NCBI RefSeq assembly: GCF_018977255.1
Contig: NW_024704742.1
Location: forward strand, 139,130,001-139,194,000
Source of the DNA: Callorhinchus milii
Lineage: Eukaryota
DNA: 64,000 nt
Direction: 5' to 3'
Made by a program: the position numbers and the translations under genes
In this document: piece by piece, positions 12,268 to 24,083 of the stretch
Position numbering within the stretch: the stretch's first letter is position 1
How the letters are laid out: each line of letters begins with the position of its first letter
Notes under the pieces: model-generated
Databases searched by the model: none
The model's input: the letters and a program-made list of their open reading frames with translations, nothing else
What the model was told of the DNA's origin: nothing

Positions 12268-13842
12268 AATAATAGTAATAATCCTTGCATTTGCTATAGT
12301 GCTTTTCATATCTTCTAGACGTCTCAAAGCGCTTCACAGGATATAATGTAATGTGAATTAACTGTATACTTGTGGGCGAAACGCGGCAGCCATTTGCGCA
12401 CAACAATGAGTGTCCCACAAACAAAAACAACAACAAGATTCCATTTATAGAGCGCCTTTCACATCGGGAGGACGTCCCAAGGCGCTGTACAGTTGGGTCA
12501 GGACCGAGCAGGGCAAATGGTCAGGGTGAGGGGAGGGAAGGGAGGGAGCGAGGAGGGGGTAGAGAGTCGAGAGGGGAACTGAAGGCACGGTCAAAGAGAA
12601 AGGTCTTGAGACCGGCCTTGAAGGAGGAAAGGGAGGAGGCACTGGGAATAAAGTTCCAGAGCCTCGGGGCTGAGAGGCTGAAGGCCCGGCCACCGATGGT
12701 AGGGCGGTTGGGGCGGGGGACGTGGAGCAGACCGGAGCCAGAGGAACGGAGGGTACGGGCAGGTAGGTAGGGGGATAGTAGGTCGGAGAGGTAGGAGGGA
12801 GCGAAGCCGTGAATGGCCTTGTAGGTGAGGATGAGGATCTTGAATTCGATCCTATGGGGGATGGGGAGCCAGTGGAGGCGAGCAAGGGCGAGGGCGAGGG
12901 TGGGAGTAAGGGCGAGGCGAGGGTGGGAGTGATGTGTGCGCGAGGCCTGGTGCGGGACAGGACACGAGCTGCAGAGTTCTGGATGACCTGCAGTGTGGAG
13001 GGAGGGCCGGGAAGGCCGGCGAGGAGAGAGTTCCCATGGTCCAGCCTTGAGGTGATAAAGGCATGGACCAGAGTTTCAGCCGCGTGAGGGGTGAGGTAGT
13101 GCCGTAGTCTGGCGATATTCCGGAGGTGATGGAAGGCGGTGCCAGTTGTGGTGCGGATATGAGGGAGAAAGGACAGCTCAGGGTCGAACAGAACCCCGAG
13201 GTTCCTGATGGCTTTGAGAGGTGGAGAGTGCGGCCTTGGATGCTGATGCTGTCAGCGCCAGAGGTGCGGAGGCACTGACGTGAGCCAATTAGGAGGGCCT
13301 CAGTTTTACGCACGTTAAGCTGAAGAAAGTTGTCTCTCATCCAGGACTCGATGTCGGACAGACAGCTGTCAGGACATCGGGGGTCATGGAGTTGAGGGTA
13401 GAGGAGGAAAGGTAGAGTTGGGTGTCATCCGCATACATGTGGACGTTAATCCCATGTCTGCGGATGATGTCACCACAGGGGGAGCATATAGAGGGTGAAG
13501 AGGAGGGGACCGAGGACAGAGCCCTGAGGGACACCGCACGAGACATTGCGGGGGGTGGAGGAAAAGCCATTCGTTGAAACAAAGTGAAGACGGAAGGAGA
13601 GGTACGACCTAAACCACTCAAGGACAGGGCCTTGAAGGTTGAGGTGGGAGGACAAGCGGTGGAGGAGGATAGCGTGGTCGACCATATCACGGATTCAAGT
13701 GACCAATTTATTTTTTTTTCTTGAGGGATTATTATCAGGCATGTGGAGTAAGGAAACTTGTCTGAGGGTTCACTCTGCTGGGAATCAAACCCAGGTCTCT
13801 CACTTGTGAGGTGAGTGCTCTAACCAATGAGCTACAGGACTC
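12268..13842 (-). mobile_element. tRNA-derived SINE split by an L2 insertion
   Basis: SINE tail 12268-12423 and SINE head 13690-13842 flank the L2. Confidence 0.85.
12424..13687 (-). mobile_element. L2 subfamily B, 5'-truncated, frameshifted RT
   Basis: '[16 protein letters not shown]', '[10 protein letters not shown]'; (CAA)n tail. Confidence 0.92.
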
Positions 13843-15777
13843 AATGCGAACCCTCACCAACACACTGTAAAACTAACCATAACCTACACACTGTAACTGT
13901 AAACAACACATTGTAACCCTAATCTACACAGTGTAGACTTAACATACACACTGTAGCCCTAATCTACACACTGGAGCCCTAATGTACACACTGTAGCCCT
14001 AATGTACACACTGTAGCCTTAACCTACACACTGTAGCCCTAATCTACACACGGACCTACACACTGTAGCCCTAATCTACACACTGTAGCCCTAATCTACA
14101 CACTGTAGCCCTAACCTACACACTGTAGTCCTAATCTACACACTGTAGCCCTAACCTACACACTGTAGCCCTAATCTACACACTGTAGCCCTAATCTACA
14201 CATTGTAACACTAACCTGCACATTGTCACACTAACCGTAACCTATACACTGTAACCATAACCCTAACCTATGTATTGTAACCCTAACCTGCACACTGTAA
14301 TCCTAAACTTAACATACACAATGAAACCCTAAACCTAACCTACACACTGTAACCTTAACCCCAACCTGCACACTGTAACCCTAATCTACACACTGTAACC
14401 CAAACCCTAACCTAAATACAGTAACGATAATCTACACACTGTAACCCTAACCTACATAGTGCAGCCCTAAACTACACAGTGTAACCCAAACCTAAACACT
14501 GTAACACTAACCTGCACACTGTGACATAAACCTACAAACGCTAACCCTAACCTACACACTCCAACCCAAACCCTAACCTGAACATTGTAACACTAACCCA
14601 CACACTGTAACTGTAACTTTCACACTGTAACCCTAACCTACACAATGAAAGCCTAACTTTAACCTCCACAATGTAACCCTAAACCTAACCTACACACTGT
14701 AACCTAACCTAAACATGGTAAAACTAACCCTAACCTGCACACTGTAAGTTTATCCTACAAACTCTAACACCAACCCACCTGCACAATGTAACCCCAACTG
14801 CACACTGTATCTCAAGCCTACAATATATAACCCTACCCTACACATTGTAACACAAACCTACCCAATGTAAACCCTAACTTACCCACTGTAACGCTAACAT
14901 ACACAATGTCACCCTAACCTACACACTATAGCTATAACCTGCACACTGTAACCCTAACCTACAAACTGTAACACTAACCTACATACTGTAACCCTAACCT
15001 ACACACTGTAACACTAACCTACATACTGTAACCCTAACCTACACACTGTAACGCTAACCTACACACTGAAAGCCCAACTTACACACCGTAACCCTAACTT
15101 ACTCACTGTAACCCAAACCCTAACCTATCTTACAGGCTCCAACCTCATAGCCACCCAACCCCACACAACCTGCCTGTACCTCCTTCCCAAGATCCACAAA
15201 CAGGACTGTCCTGGTAGATCTATTGTCTCAGCCTGTTCCTGTCCAACCAAATTAATCTCGTCTTATCTGGACTCCATTTTTGCTCCCCTCTTCCAATCCC
15301 TACCCACCTATATCCATGACTCCTTGGACGCCCTCCGCCACTTTGAGAATTTCTGGTTTCCCGGTCCTGAACGTCTCGTCCTCACAACAGATGTTCGGTC
15401 TCTCTATACCTCCATTCCCCCACAAGGACGGCCCCCAGGCCCTCTGGTTTCACCTTTATCAATGGCAAAATCAGTCTCCATCCACCACCATGCTCCTCCG
15501 CCTGGCTGAACTTGTTCTGACATTGAACAACTTCACAGTCAATTCCAAACACTTCCTTCAAATAAAAGGTGTCGCTATAAGAACCCACATGGGGCCGAGC
15601 TATGCATGCCAGTTTGTTGGCCACCTGGAACACTGTTCCGGTCCTACTCAGGTCCACTCCCTGACCTGGTCCTCAGGTACATCGACGACTGTGTCAGGGC
15701 CGCGTTCTGCTCTCGCAGTGAGTTAGAAGCATTTATAGATTTTGCTTGCACCTTCCACCCCTACATAAAATTCACAT

Positions 15778-18700
15778 AGATTCATAGATTCATAGAATGT
15801 TACAGCGCAGAAGGAGGCCATTCGGCCCATCGAGTCTATGCTGGCTTTTTGACAGAGCGTCACTTTCACTAACCCCAATCACCAGCTTTCTCCACATAAC
15901 CCTGCAAACCCGTCTTCCCCAGATACCTATCTCTCTTAAAAGCTGTTATTGAATCGGACTTCACTGCGCTTTCGGGCAGATCATTCCAAATCCCAACAAC
16001 TCGCTGAGTGAAAACGTTTCTTCTAACCTCCCCTCTGCTTCTTTTGGTAGATATCTTAAGACTGGACCACGGGTCACAGACACACCTACCAGCGGAAACA
16101 GCTTTCCCTATCTCGCCTGTCGAAACCTTTCATGATCTTGAAGACCTCTATCAGGTCACTGGGTAACCTTCTCTGCCCTAATGGGAAAAGTCCTAACTTC
16201 TCCAGCCTAAGGTTCCCCATTCCTGGTATCATTCTCGTGAATCTCCTCTGCACCCTTTCCAGTGCCTTAGCTATTGAGTCCTGTAGCACAGTGGTTAGAG
16301 CACTCGCTTTGCAAGAGAGAGACCAGAGTTCGATCCCAGGCAGAGGGCGAAACCTTGGGCAAGTTTCCTTACTCCACACAGAGCCTAATAATAATCCCTC
16401 CAAAACAAAAAAACAATAATAAATTGGTCATTTTCAATCTACGACTGTTTGTGGGACATTGTTGTGCGCAATTGGCTGCCGCGTTCGCCCACAAATATAC
16501 AGTCAATTCACTTTACAGTATATTCTGTGAAGCGCTCTGGGACGTCTAGAAGACGTGAAAAGCGCTATATCAAATGCAAGGATTATTATTATTAATGTCC
16601 TTCCTGAAGTAAGGTGCCCAGAACTGGACGCTGTACTCCAGGCCAGACCAGTGTTTTGTATAGATTAACCATAACCCCTACCAAATGGCTTTTTTACTGC
16701 CTTTACTACCTGCCCCGACACCTTCAATGATTCGCTTACTTGAACACCCAGATCTCTCTGTACGTTCACCCCCCTTAAGATTGAGCTCCAAGTCTATATT
16801 GCCTCCTACCATTTTTCCTACCTAAGTGTATCACCTCACACTTATCCACATTGAAATCTATCTGCCACATGTCAGCCCATCCCACCATTCTGTGTGTGTC
16901 TGCCTGCAGTTGGTTGCAGTCCTCCTCACTATTTACTACCCGACCTAACTTTGTATCATCTGCAAACTTGGAAATAATGCTCTCTATGCCCAAGTCCAGA
17001 TCAGTAATATATATTAGAAAGAGCAGTGGTCCCAATACCGATCCCTGGGGGACACCGCTGCACACCTCCTTCCATTGCGAGAAACACCCATTAACCACCA
17101 CCCTCTGCTTTCTGTCACTCAGCCAGTTCTTAATCCACACTGCCACTGTCCCCTTAATACCGGGGGCCTCTAATTTTTTATTAATCTCTTATGCGGTACT
17201 AGGTCAAAAGCCTTTTTGAAATCCATGTAAATAATGTCCACCGCATTTACCTCATCAACCCTCGCAGTCACCTCTTCAAAAAATTCTATTAGATTTGTTA
17301 GGCAAGATTTGCCTTTAACAAATCCATGTTGGGGGTCTCTAATTACCTCGTGTTCCTCTAAGTAGAGATTTATTCTGTCCCGGATTATGGTCTCCAGTAG
17401 TTTTCCTATTACCGAAGTTAGGCTGACTGGCCTGTAATTTCCGGGTTTGTCTTTCTGCCCCTTTTTGTAGAGTGGGGTAACATTAGCCACTCTCCAGTCT
17501 CTTGGCACCACTCCTGTGTCCAATGAAGATTGAAATATAATGGCCAAAGCCTCCGCTATTTGAACCCGTATCTCCCACAGCAACCTTGGGTGAAACCCAT
17601 CTGGTCCTGGTGACTTATCAATTTTGAGCCCAGTCAATCTTTTCAGAACTTCCTCTCTGTCTATAGTAATCTGATCTATGTCCTCTACCCTCTCATCCAA
17701 TACTGCGGCATTTGGGGCATCCATTTCTGTTGTGAAGACAAATGCAAAGTACTCGTTTAGTACATCAGCCGCGCCCTCTGCCTCCAAGATGGCCGTAATT
17801 GTCTTTGATTGGCCCCACCCGACCTTTAACTAACCTTTTTTCCTTTATGTGCTTGTAAAATATTTTAGGATTCCCCTTTATGTTACCTGCTGACCTCTTC
17901 TCATGCGATCTTTTAGCCTGTTTTATCACTCTTTTCAGATCACTCCTGCATTCTCTATAATGCGCTTTGCTATCCTCAGTATCTTGCTTCTTCCAATTGT
18001 CATACACCGTCCTCTTCTTTTTCATCCTAGACAGAATATCCCTGGCCATCCAGGCTGGCTTGGTTGTCACACATTTCCCTATTGTGGGAATATATCTATT
18101 TTGACCTTGAGCTATCATATCTTTGAAGATCTCCCATTGCTCATGAGTCTTTTAACCTGTTAGTCTTACTTGCCAGTCCACCAACTCTAGGTCCCTTTGG
18201 GCCCATCAAAATTAGCCCTTTTCCAGTCAAGCATTTTCACCCTTGACTGTACGTTGTTCACGAGTAATCTAAATCTAATAATATTATGGTCACTGTTACC
18301 TAGATGCTCCCCTACCGAAACCTGTTCAACCTGACCTATTTCATTCCCCAGGACTAGATCCAGCAATGCTTCCTTCCTCGTAGAACTGGAGACATACTGC
18401 TCAAGAAAATTTTCCTGTACACAGTTTATGAATCTTTCTCCTGCCTTGCCCTTAGCGCTGCTATTTTGCCAATCTACATTGGGATAATTGAAATTCCCCA
18501 TTATCACAACTCTGTTCGCCTTACGTCTGTCCGTGATCTGGTTGCAGATCTGCTCTTCTATCTCCTTCCCGCTATCTGTTGGTCTATAGTAAACCCCTAT
18601 CAGTGTAACCACTCCTTTCTTATTTCTTATCTCTAACCAGATGGATTCTGTTGTCGGGCCCTCCAGAGCCTCGTTCCTTTCTACAGCTATAATTGTATCC

Positions 18701-19020
18701 TTTACTAATATTGCCACCCCTCCTCCTTTTCTTACTTCTCTATCCTTCCTGAACACATTATATCCTGGAATATTTAACTCCCATTCCTGTCCTGGCTTGA
18801 GCTATGTCTCGGTTACTGCCACCACATCGTAACCCCCTTCGGCCAGTTGAACCTGCAGTTCATCAACCTTATTCCCTAAGCTCCGTGCATTTAGGTACAT
18901 ACATTTGAGGAAATTGTCCGCTTGTACCTGCTCTACACTTCCCACTTGTCTTTTTCCTCTAATCTCTAATCCATTGTTTATCCTTGGATACCCATCCCCC
19001 TCTCCGGACCATCCGGATCT
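15778..19020 (-). mobile_element. CR1 LINE, most of ORF2 (APE + RT), degenerate, nested in Penelope
   Basis: ORFs 18187-18756 (APE), 17170-17787 'KSPGPDGFHP...NYRPVSLTS', 16775-17146 '[10 protein letters not shown]...KFADDTK'; octamer tail at 15778-15797. Confidence 0.93.
16276..16593 (+). mobile_element. tRNA-derived SINE nested in CR1
   Basis: Same head, core and tail as 743-1069. Confidence 0.92.
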
Positions 19021-19475
19021 GAACCATCTCCGACTCTTCCCTTCACTCCCTCGACTTCACTATCTCCACGTCAGTTAACAGACTATTGACAGACATTTTC
19101 TATAAGCCCATCAACTCCCACAGCTACCTTGTTTACACCTCATCCCACCCAGGCTCCTGCAAAGACGCCATCCCATTTTCCCAGTTCCTCCACCTTCACC
19201 GCATCTGCTCTGACAATGCAACCTTCCATGCCAGAGAAACCAAGATGTCCTCATTTTTCCTCAACCAAGGATTCCCATCGAGAGTAATAGCCAAAGCCCT
19301 TGTCTGTGTCCGCCCTATTTCCTGCACTTCTGCCCTCATCCCCCCCTCCCTATCCCGGAACCGTGATAGGATACCCTTAGCCCTCACTACCACCTCACTA
19401 GCCTCAATATTCAGCACATCATTCTTCAACATTTCCAGCACCTCCAGCATGACTCATCCACCAAATACATATTTC

Positions 19476-21645
19476 ATAAGAACGTAAGAACTTAAGAATT
19501 AGGAGCAGGATAAGGCCATTCAGCCCCTCAAGCCTGCCACGCCATTCGATAAGATAATGGCTGATCTTCAGACCTAACTCTAATTACATGCCCTATCCCC
19601 ATATCCCCTAATCCCTCTATTTTTAAAAAATCTATCAGTCTCGGCGTTGAAAATGTTCAAGGACTGACATCTACAGTCTTTTGGGTTTCCTCAACTCTAT
19701 TCTAAAAGGCTGACCCTTAATTTTTAGACTGTGACCCCTGGTTATAGATTCTCCCACTGGGGAAACAGACCCTCAGTGTCTACTTTATCAGCCCTTTAAG
19801 AATCTTATATGTTTCAATAAGATCTCCCCTAATTTTTCTGTACTCTGGAGAATACAGCCCCAGTTTATTCAGCCTCTCCTCATAGGTCAGTCCCCTCATC
19901 CCAGGCACTAACCGAGTGAATCTACGCTGCACCCCCTCGAGGGCAAGTATGTCCTTTTTTAAATAAGGAGACCAAAACTGCACACAATACTCTCGGTGCG
20001 GTCTCACTACGGCCCTATACAGTTGCAGCAAGACTTCCCTACTCTTGTACTCTAAACCTTTTGCAATGAACACTAACTGCCGTTCACCTTCTTAGTTGCT
20101 GCTGCACCTGCAAACTAACCTTTTGAGACTGGTGTACGAGGACACCCAAATCCCTCTGCACACTAACACTATCTAATCTCCGCCCCTCTAGAAATTAATC
20201 TGTTTTTCTATTTTTGCTACCCGGGTGAATAACTTCACACTTCCCCACATTAAATTCCATCTGCCACCTACTCGCCCACTCCCCGAGCTTATCTATATCC
20301 TGTTGCAATCTTTTTGCATCACCCTCAGAGCTCACTCTCCCACCGAGTTTAGTGTCATCCGCAAATTTAGATATGTTACATTCAATGTCCTCGTCCGGAT
20401 CATTGGTGTAAATTGTAAATAGCTGAGGCCCAAACACTGATCCTTGTGGCACTCCTCTAGTCACCTCCTGCCAATTCGAGAATGACCCGTTTATCCCTAC
20501 TCTCTGTTTTCTACCCGATAGCCACTCTTCAATCCATGTTAATATGTTCCCATTAATCCCGTGGGCCTTAACCTTGTGCAATAGCCTTTTGTGTGGCACT
20601 TTGTCAAATGCCTTTTTAAAATCTAAATATACTACATCTACTGGTTCCCCCCTCTCTAACCTGCAGATACATCTTCAAACACTCTAAAAGATTAGTGAAG
20701 CGTGACTTCCCTTTGTAAAGCCATGTTGACTCTGCCTAATCTTGTTATGGTCTTCCATAACGACATCCTTAATTAAGGACTGAAGAATTTTCCCTCCCAC
20801 TGAAGTCAGACTAACTGGTCTATAGTTCCCCATCTTTTCTCTCCCACCCTTCTTAAATAGTGGTGTCACGTTTGCAATCTTCCAATCAATTGGAACCATT
20901 CCAGAATCCAGAGAATTTTGGAAGATCAAAGACAAGCCATCCACTATCTCAGTAGCCACCTCTTTTAAAACCCGAGGATGTAGGCCATCAGGTCCAGGGG
21001 ATTTATCACTTTTAAGACCTGACAATTTACCTAAAACCATTTCTTTATTAATATTAATTTCCCTAAGTTGCTCGCTAACATTGTCTTCTTGGTTCCCCTC
21101 TATTCTTGGTAGGTTTTCAGGGTCTTCTAAGGTGAAGACAGTAGCAAAGTACTTGTTTAATGACTCTGCATTGTCTTTGTCCCCTACTATTATTCCCCCC
21201 GTCTCTGCTGTAGCCGACCCACATTTACCTTTGACAGCCTCTTCCTCTTTATATTTATAAAAACTCTTGCAGTCTGTCTTTATGTTCTTCCCTAGTTTGC
21301 CCTCATATTCCATTTTCTCCCTCTTACTCACTTTTTGGGTTCTCCTTTGTTGATCCCTAAAGTTCTCCCAAGCCTCGGGTTTACTACTCATCTTAGCTGT
21401 TTTATAGGCTTCTTCCTTTAACTTTATACTTTCCCAAACTGCTCCAGTGAGCCACGGTTGGGCCACCTTTCCCGTGGCATTCTTATTCCTCAAAGGAATA
21501 CGTGCTCATTGGGAATTTTGCACTATCTCCTTAAATGTCTGCCATTGCTGGTCTACTGTCAAATCCTTAAATCTAATTTCCCAGTTTATTTTAGCTAAAT
21601 CCTCTCTCATACCAGCAAAGTTGACTCTACTCAAATTTAAGACAA
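19476..21645 (-). mobile_element. CR1 LINE, 5'-truncated, nested in Penelope
   Basis: ORFs 20684-21493, 20195-20599, 19780-20073 (CR1 RT); ATTTC duplicated at 19471-19475 and 21646-21650. Confidence 0.93.
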
Positions 21646-22452
21646 ATTTCCCTCCCCTCTCCGCATTCTGAAAGGATTGTTCCCTCCAGAATTCCTTAGT
21701 TCATTCCGTCATCAGCACTATCAGCTACTCTCCTTCCCCTGGCACCTTCCCATGCCAGCGCAGGAGATGTAATACTCCCCTTTCACCTCCTCCTAGACCA
21801 CTATCCAAGGCCACAAACACAGCTTCCGTGTAAGACAGCAGTTTACATGTACTACCACCAATGTAGTATACTGTATCCACTGCTCACGGTGTGGTCTCCT
21901 CTATATTGGGGAGACTAAGCGCAGATTGCGTGACCGATTTGCAGAACACCCCATTCTGTATGCGAGGTCAACACTGATATTCCGGTCTCCTGCTATTTTA
22001 ACACACACTCCCATTCACAGTCTGACCTCTCCATCCATGGTCTCCTACACTGTTCCAATGATCCACAGCGAAAGCTTGAGGAAGAGCATCTTATCTATCT
22101 GCTAGGGACCCTACAACCCTCTGGCTTCAATATCGATTTTAGCCATAACAACTCACTTTCTCCCCTCCCCCTCTTTCTGTTACCAGAAGGGTTATCTTCT
22201 GTTAACAATACAATCATCACCCCAGACACTCTTTGCTTCTCTCTGGTGTGTTGCGTGTTCTGCACTATTAACACCTCTTCTCCCCAGTTTTGTTTCAACC
22301 CACCCCCACTTTTGTTGTACGCCCCTATCACCTCTTTAACCCATCAACTAACACCTTCTCTCCTTTGTCTTCTTTTTTGTCTCCTTTGTCTTCCTTGTCC
22401 TGCCTCCCCCTCTCAACTTGTCCCTAAAAACCTCTCCCTCCCAACATACCCC

Positions 22453-22489
22453 AGTTCTGACGAAGGGTCGTGGACCCGAAACGTTGACT
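22453..22489 (+). ncRNA. Minimal type I hammerhead ribozyme in Penelope terminal region
   Basis: AGTT-CTGACGA-A-GGGTC-GTG-GACCC-GAAA-CG-TT-GACT: catalytic core CUGANGA/GAAA, 5-bp stem II, palindromic stem III, 4-bp stem I. Confidence 0.75.
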
Positions 22490-24083
22490 CACTTTCCTTT
22501 CTCCATAGATGCTGCCTGACCTGCTGGGTTTTCCCAGCTCTCTCTGTTTTTGTTTCTTACGCACTGTAACACTAAGCTAGACATTGTAACAACAAGAACA
22601 ACTTGGATTTACAAAGCACCCTCCATGCCAGACGGCATCTCAGAGCGCTTCACAGTAATGGATCCGGGGCCGAGCCAGGGGGAGGGGGAGGAGGCAGGGG
22701 AGGGGGAGGGGCAGGAGAGGGGGAGGAGCCAGGGGAGGGGGAGGGGCCAGGGGAGGAGGAGGAGCCGGGGGGAGGGGGAGGAAGGTGACCAAAGGCGCGG
22801 TCGAAAAGAAAGGTCTTCAGCAGAGACCTGAAAATAGGGAGAGGGCAAGGCGACGGCAGTGAGGAAAGGAGTTCCAGAGCCTCGGGGCATAATGGCTGAA
22901 GGCACCGATGGTGGAGCAGAGGATTCCGGGGAAAAGGAGGAGGCCAGACCCAGTGGAGCAAAGGCAATATTCACTGTTGTGAGGAGAGAGGTGGTCAGAG
23001 AGGTCGGGGGGTGCAGAGGAGTGCAGGGATTTGAAAACAAGAGTGAGGATCTTCAAGTCGATCCTCTCTGGGACAGGCAGCCAGTGCAGTCTGGCAAGGA
23101 CTGGGGTTATCAGGGAACAGAGTTTGGATGACTTGGATTCTGTAAATGGTAGTGGAGTGGAGACTGGCGAGGAGGGCATTTGAATAGTCCAGCTGAGAGA
23201 TGACAAAGGCATGGACCAGAGTTTCAGCAGCTTTTGGAGTGAGGTATTGGCGGAGATGGCCGATGCTTCGGAGGTGGAAAAAGCAGTGCTGGTGAGGGAC
23301 TGGATGTGGGAAAGGAAGGATAATTGGAGGTTGAACCTGATGCCTATGTTGCGTATGGGTTTGGAGAATTTTAGGGGGAGGTCGGGTAGGTGGAGGGGGT
23401 GAGGACCATGTGATTTAAGATGTTGATGAGAGCCAAAGAGTATGGCTTCCGTCTGGTCAACATTTAGCTGAAGGACTAAATAAATAAATAATCCTTGCAT
23501 TTGATATAGTGCTTTTCACGTCTTCTAGACATCTCAAAGTGCTTCACAGAATATGCTGCAAAGTGAATGGACTGTATATTTTTTAGTGAATCTTTAATTT
23601 GTAATTTAACATTTAATACATAATTTGCGCTCATCCAGCTCCTGATGTCAGACAGGCAGACTGACAGAACATCAGGGGACTGGGGGGGTCGCAAAGTGAG
23701 GTGGAAAAATAGAGTTGGATGTCATCCACATAGATGTGGAAATGTACCCCATGTTTGCGGATGACATCCCCAAGAGGGAGCACGTAGATCAGAAAGACGA
23801 GGGGGCCAAGGATTGATCCTTGGGGTACCCGCAGGTGACCGGGTGACAGTGGAGGAAAAACCATTTATGCAGATGTACTGCTGGTGGTTTGTGAGGTAGG
23901 ACTCGAACCAGGCGAGTGCGGTCCCACTGAGGTGGATGGCAGAGGAAAGGCGGGGGAGGAGGATGGCGTGATCGACTGTGTCGAAAGCAGCGGAAAGGTC
24001 CAGGAGGACAAGGAGGCAGAGGGAACCCTGGTCACAGATAGAGAGGATGTTGTTTGAGACTTTCACAAGTGCAGTCTCTCAGT

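Larger units (their letters stand above)
15128..22560 (+). mobile_element. Penelope-like element (RT + GIY-YIG endonuclease), degenerate, split by two CR1 insertions (pieces 15128-15777, 19021-19475, 21646-22560)
   Basis: 'LYLLPKIHK..CPGRSIVS', 'DVRSLYTSIP', 'QIKGVAIRTHMGPSYA', 'YIDD', 'TDIFYKP.NSHSYL', 'VVYCIHC..CGLLYIGETKR'; TCTTAC at both ends. Confidence 0.9.
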
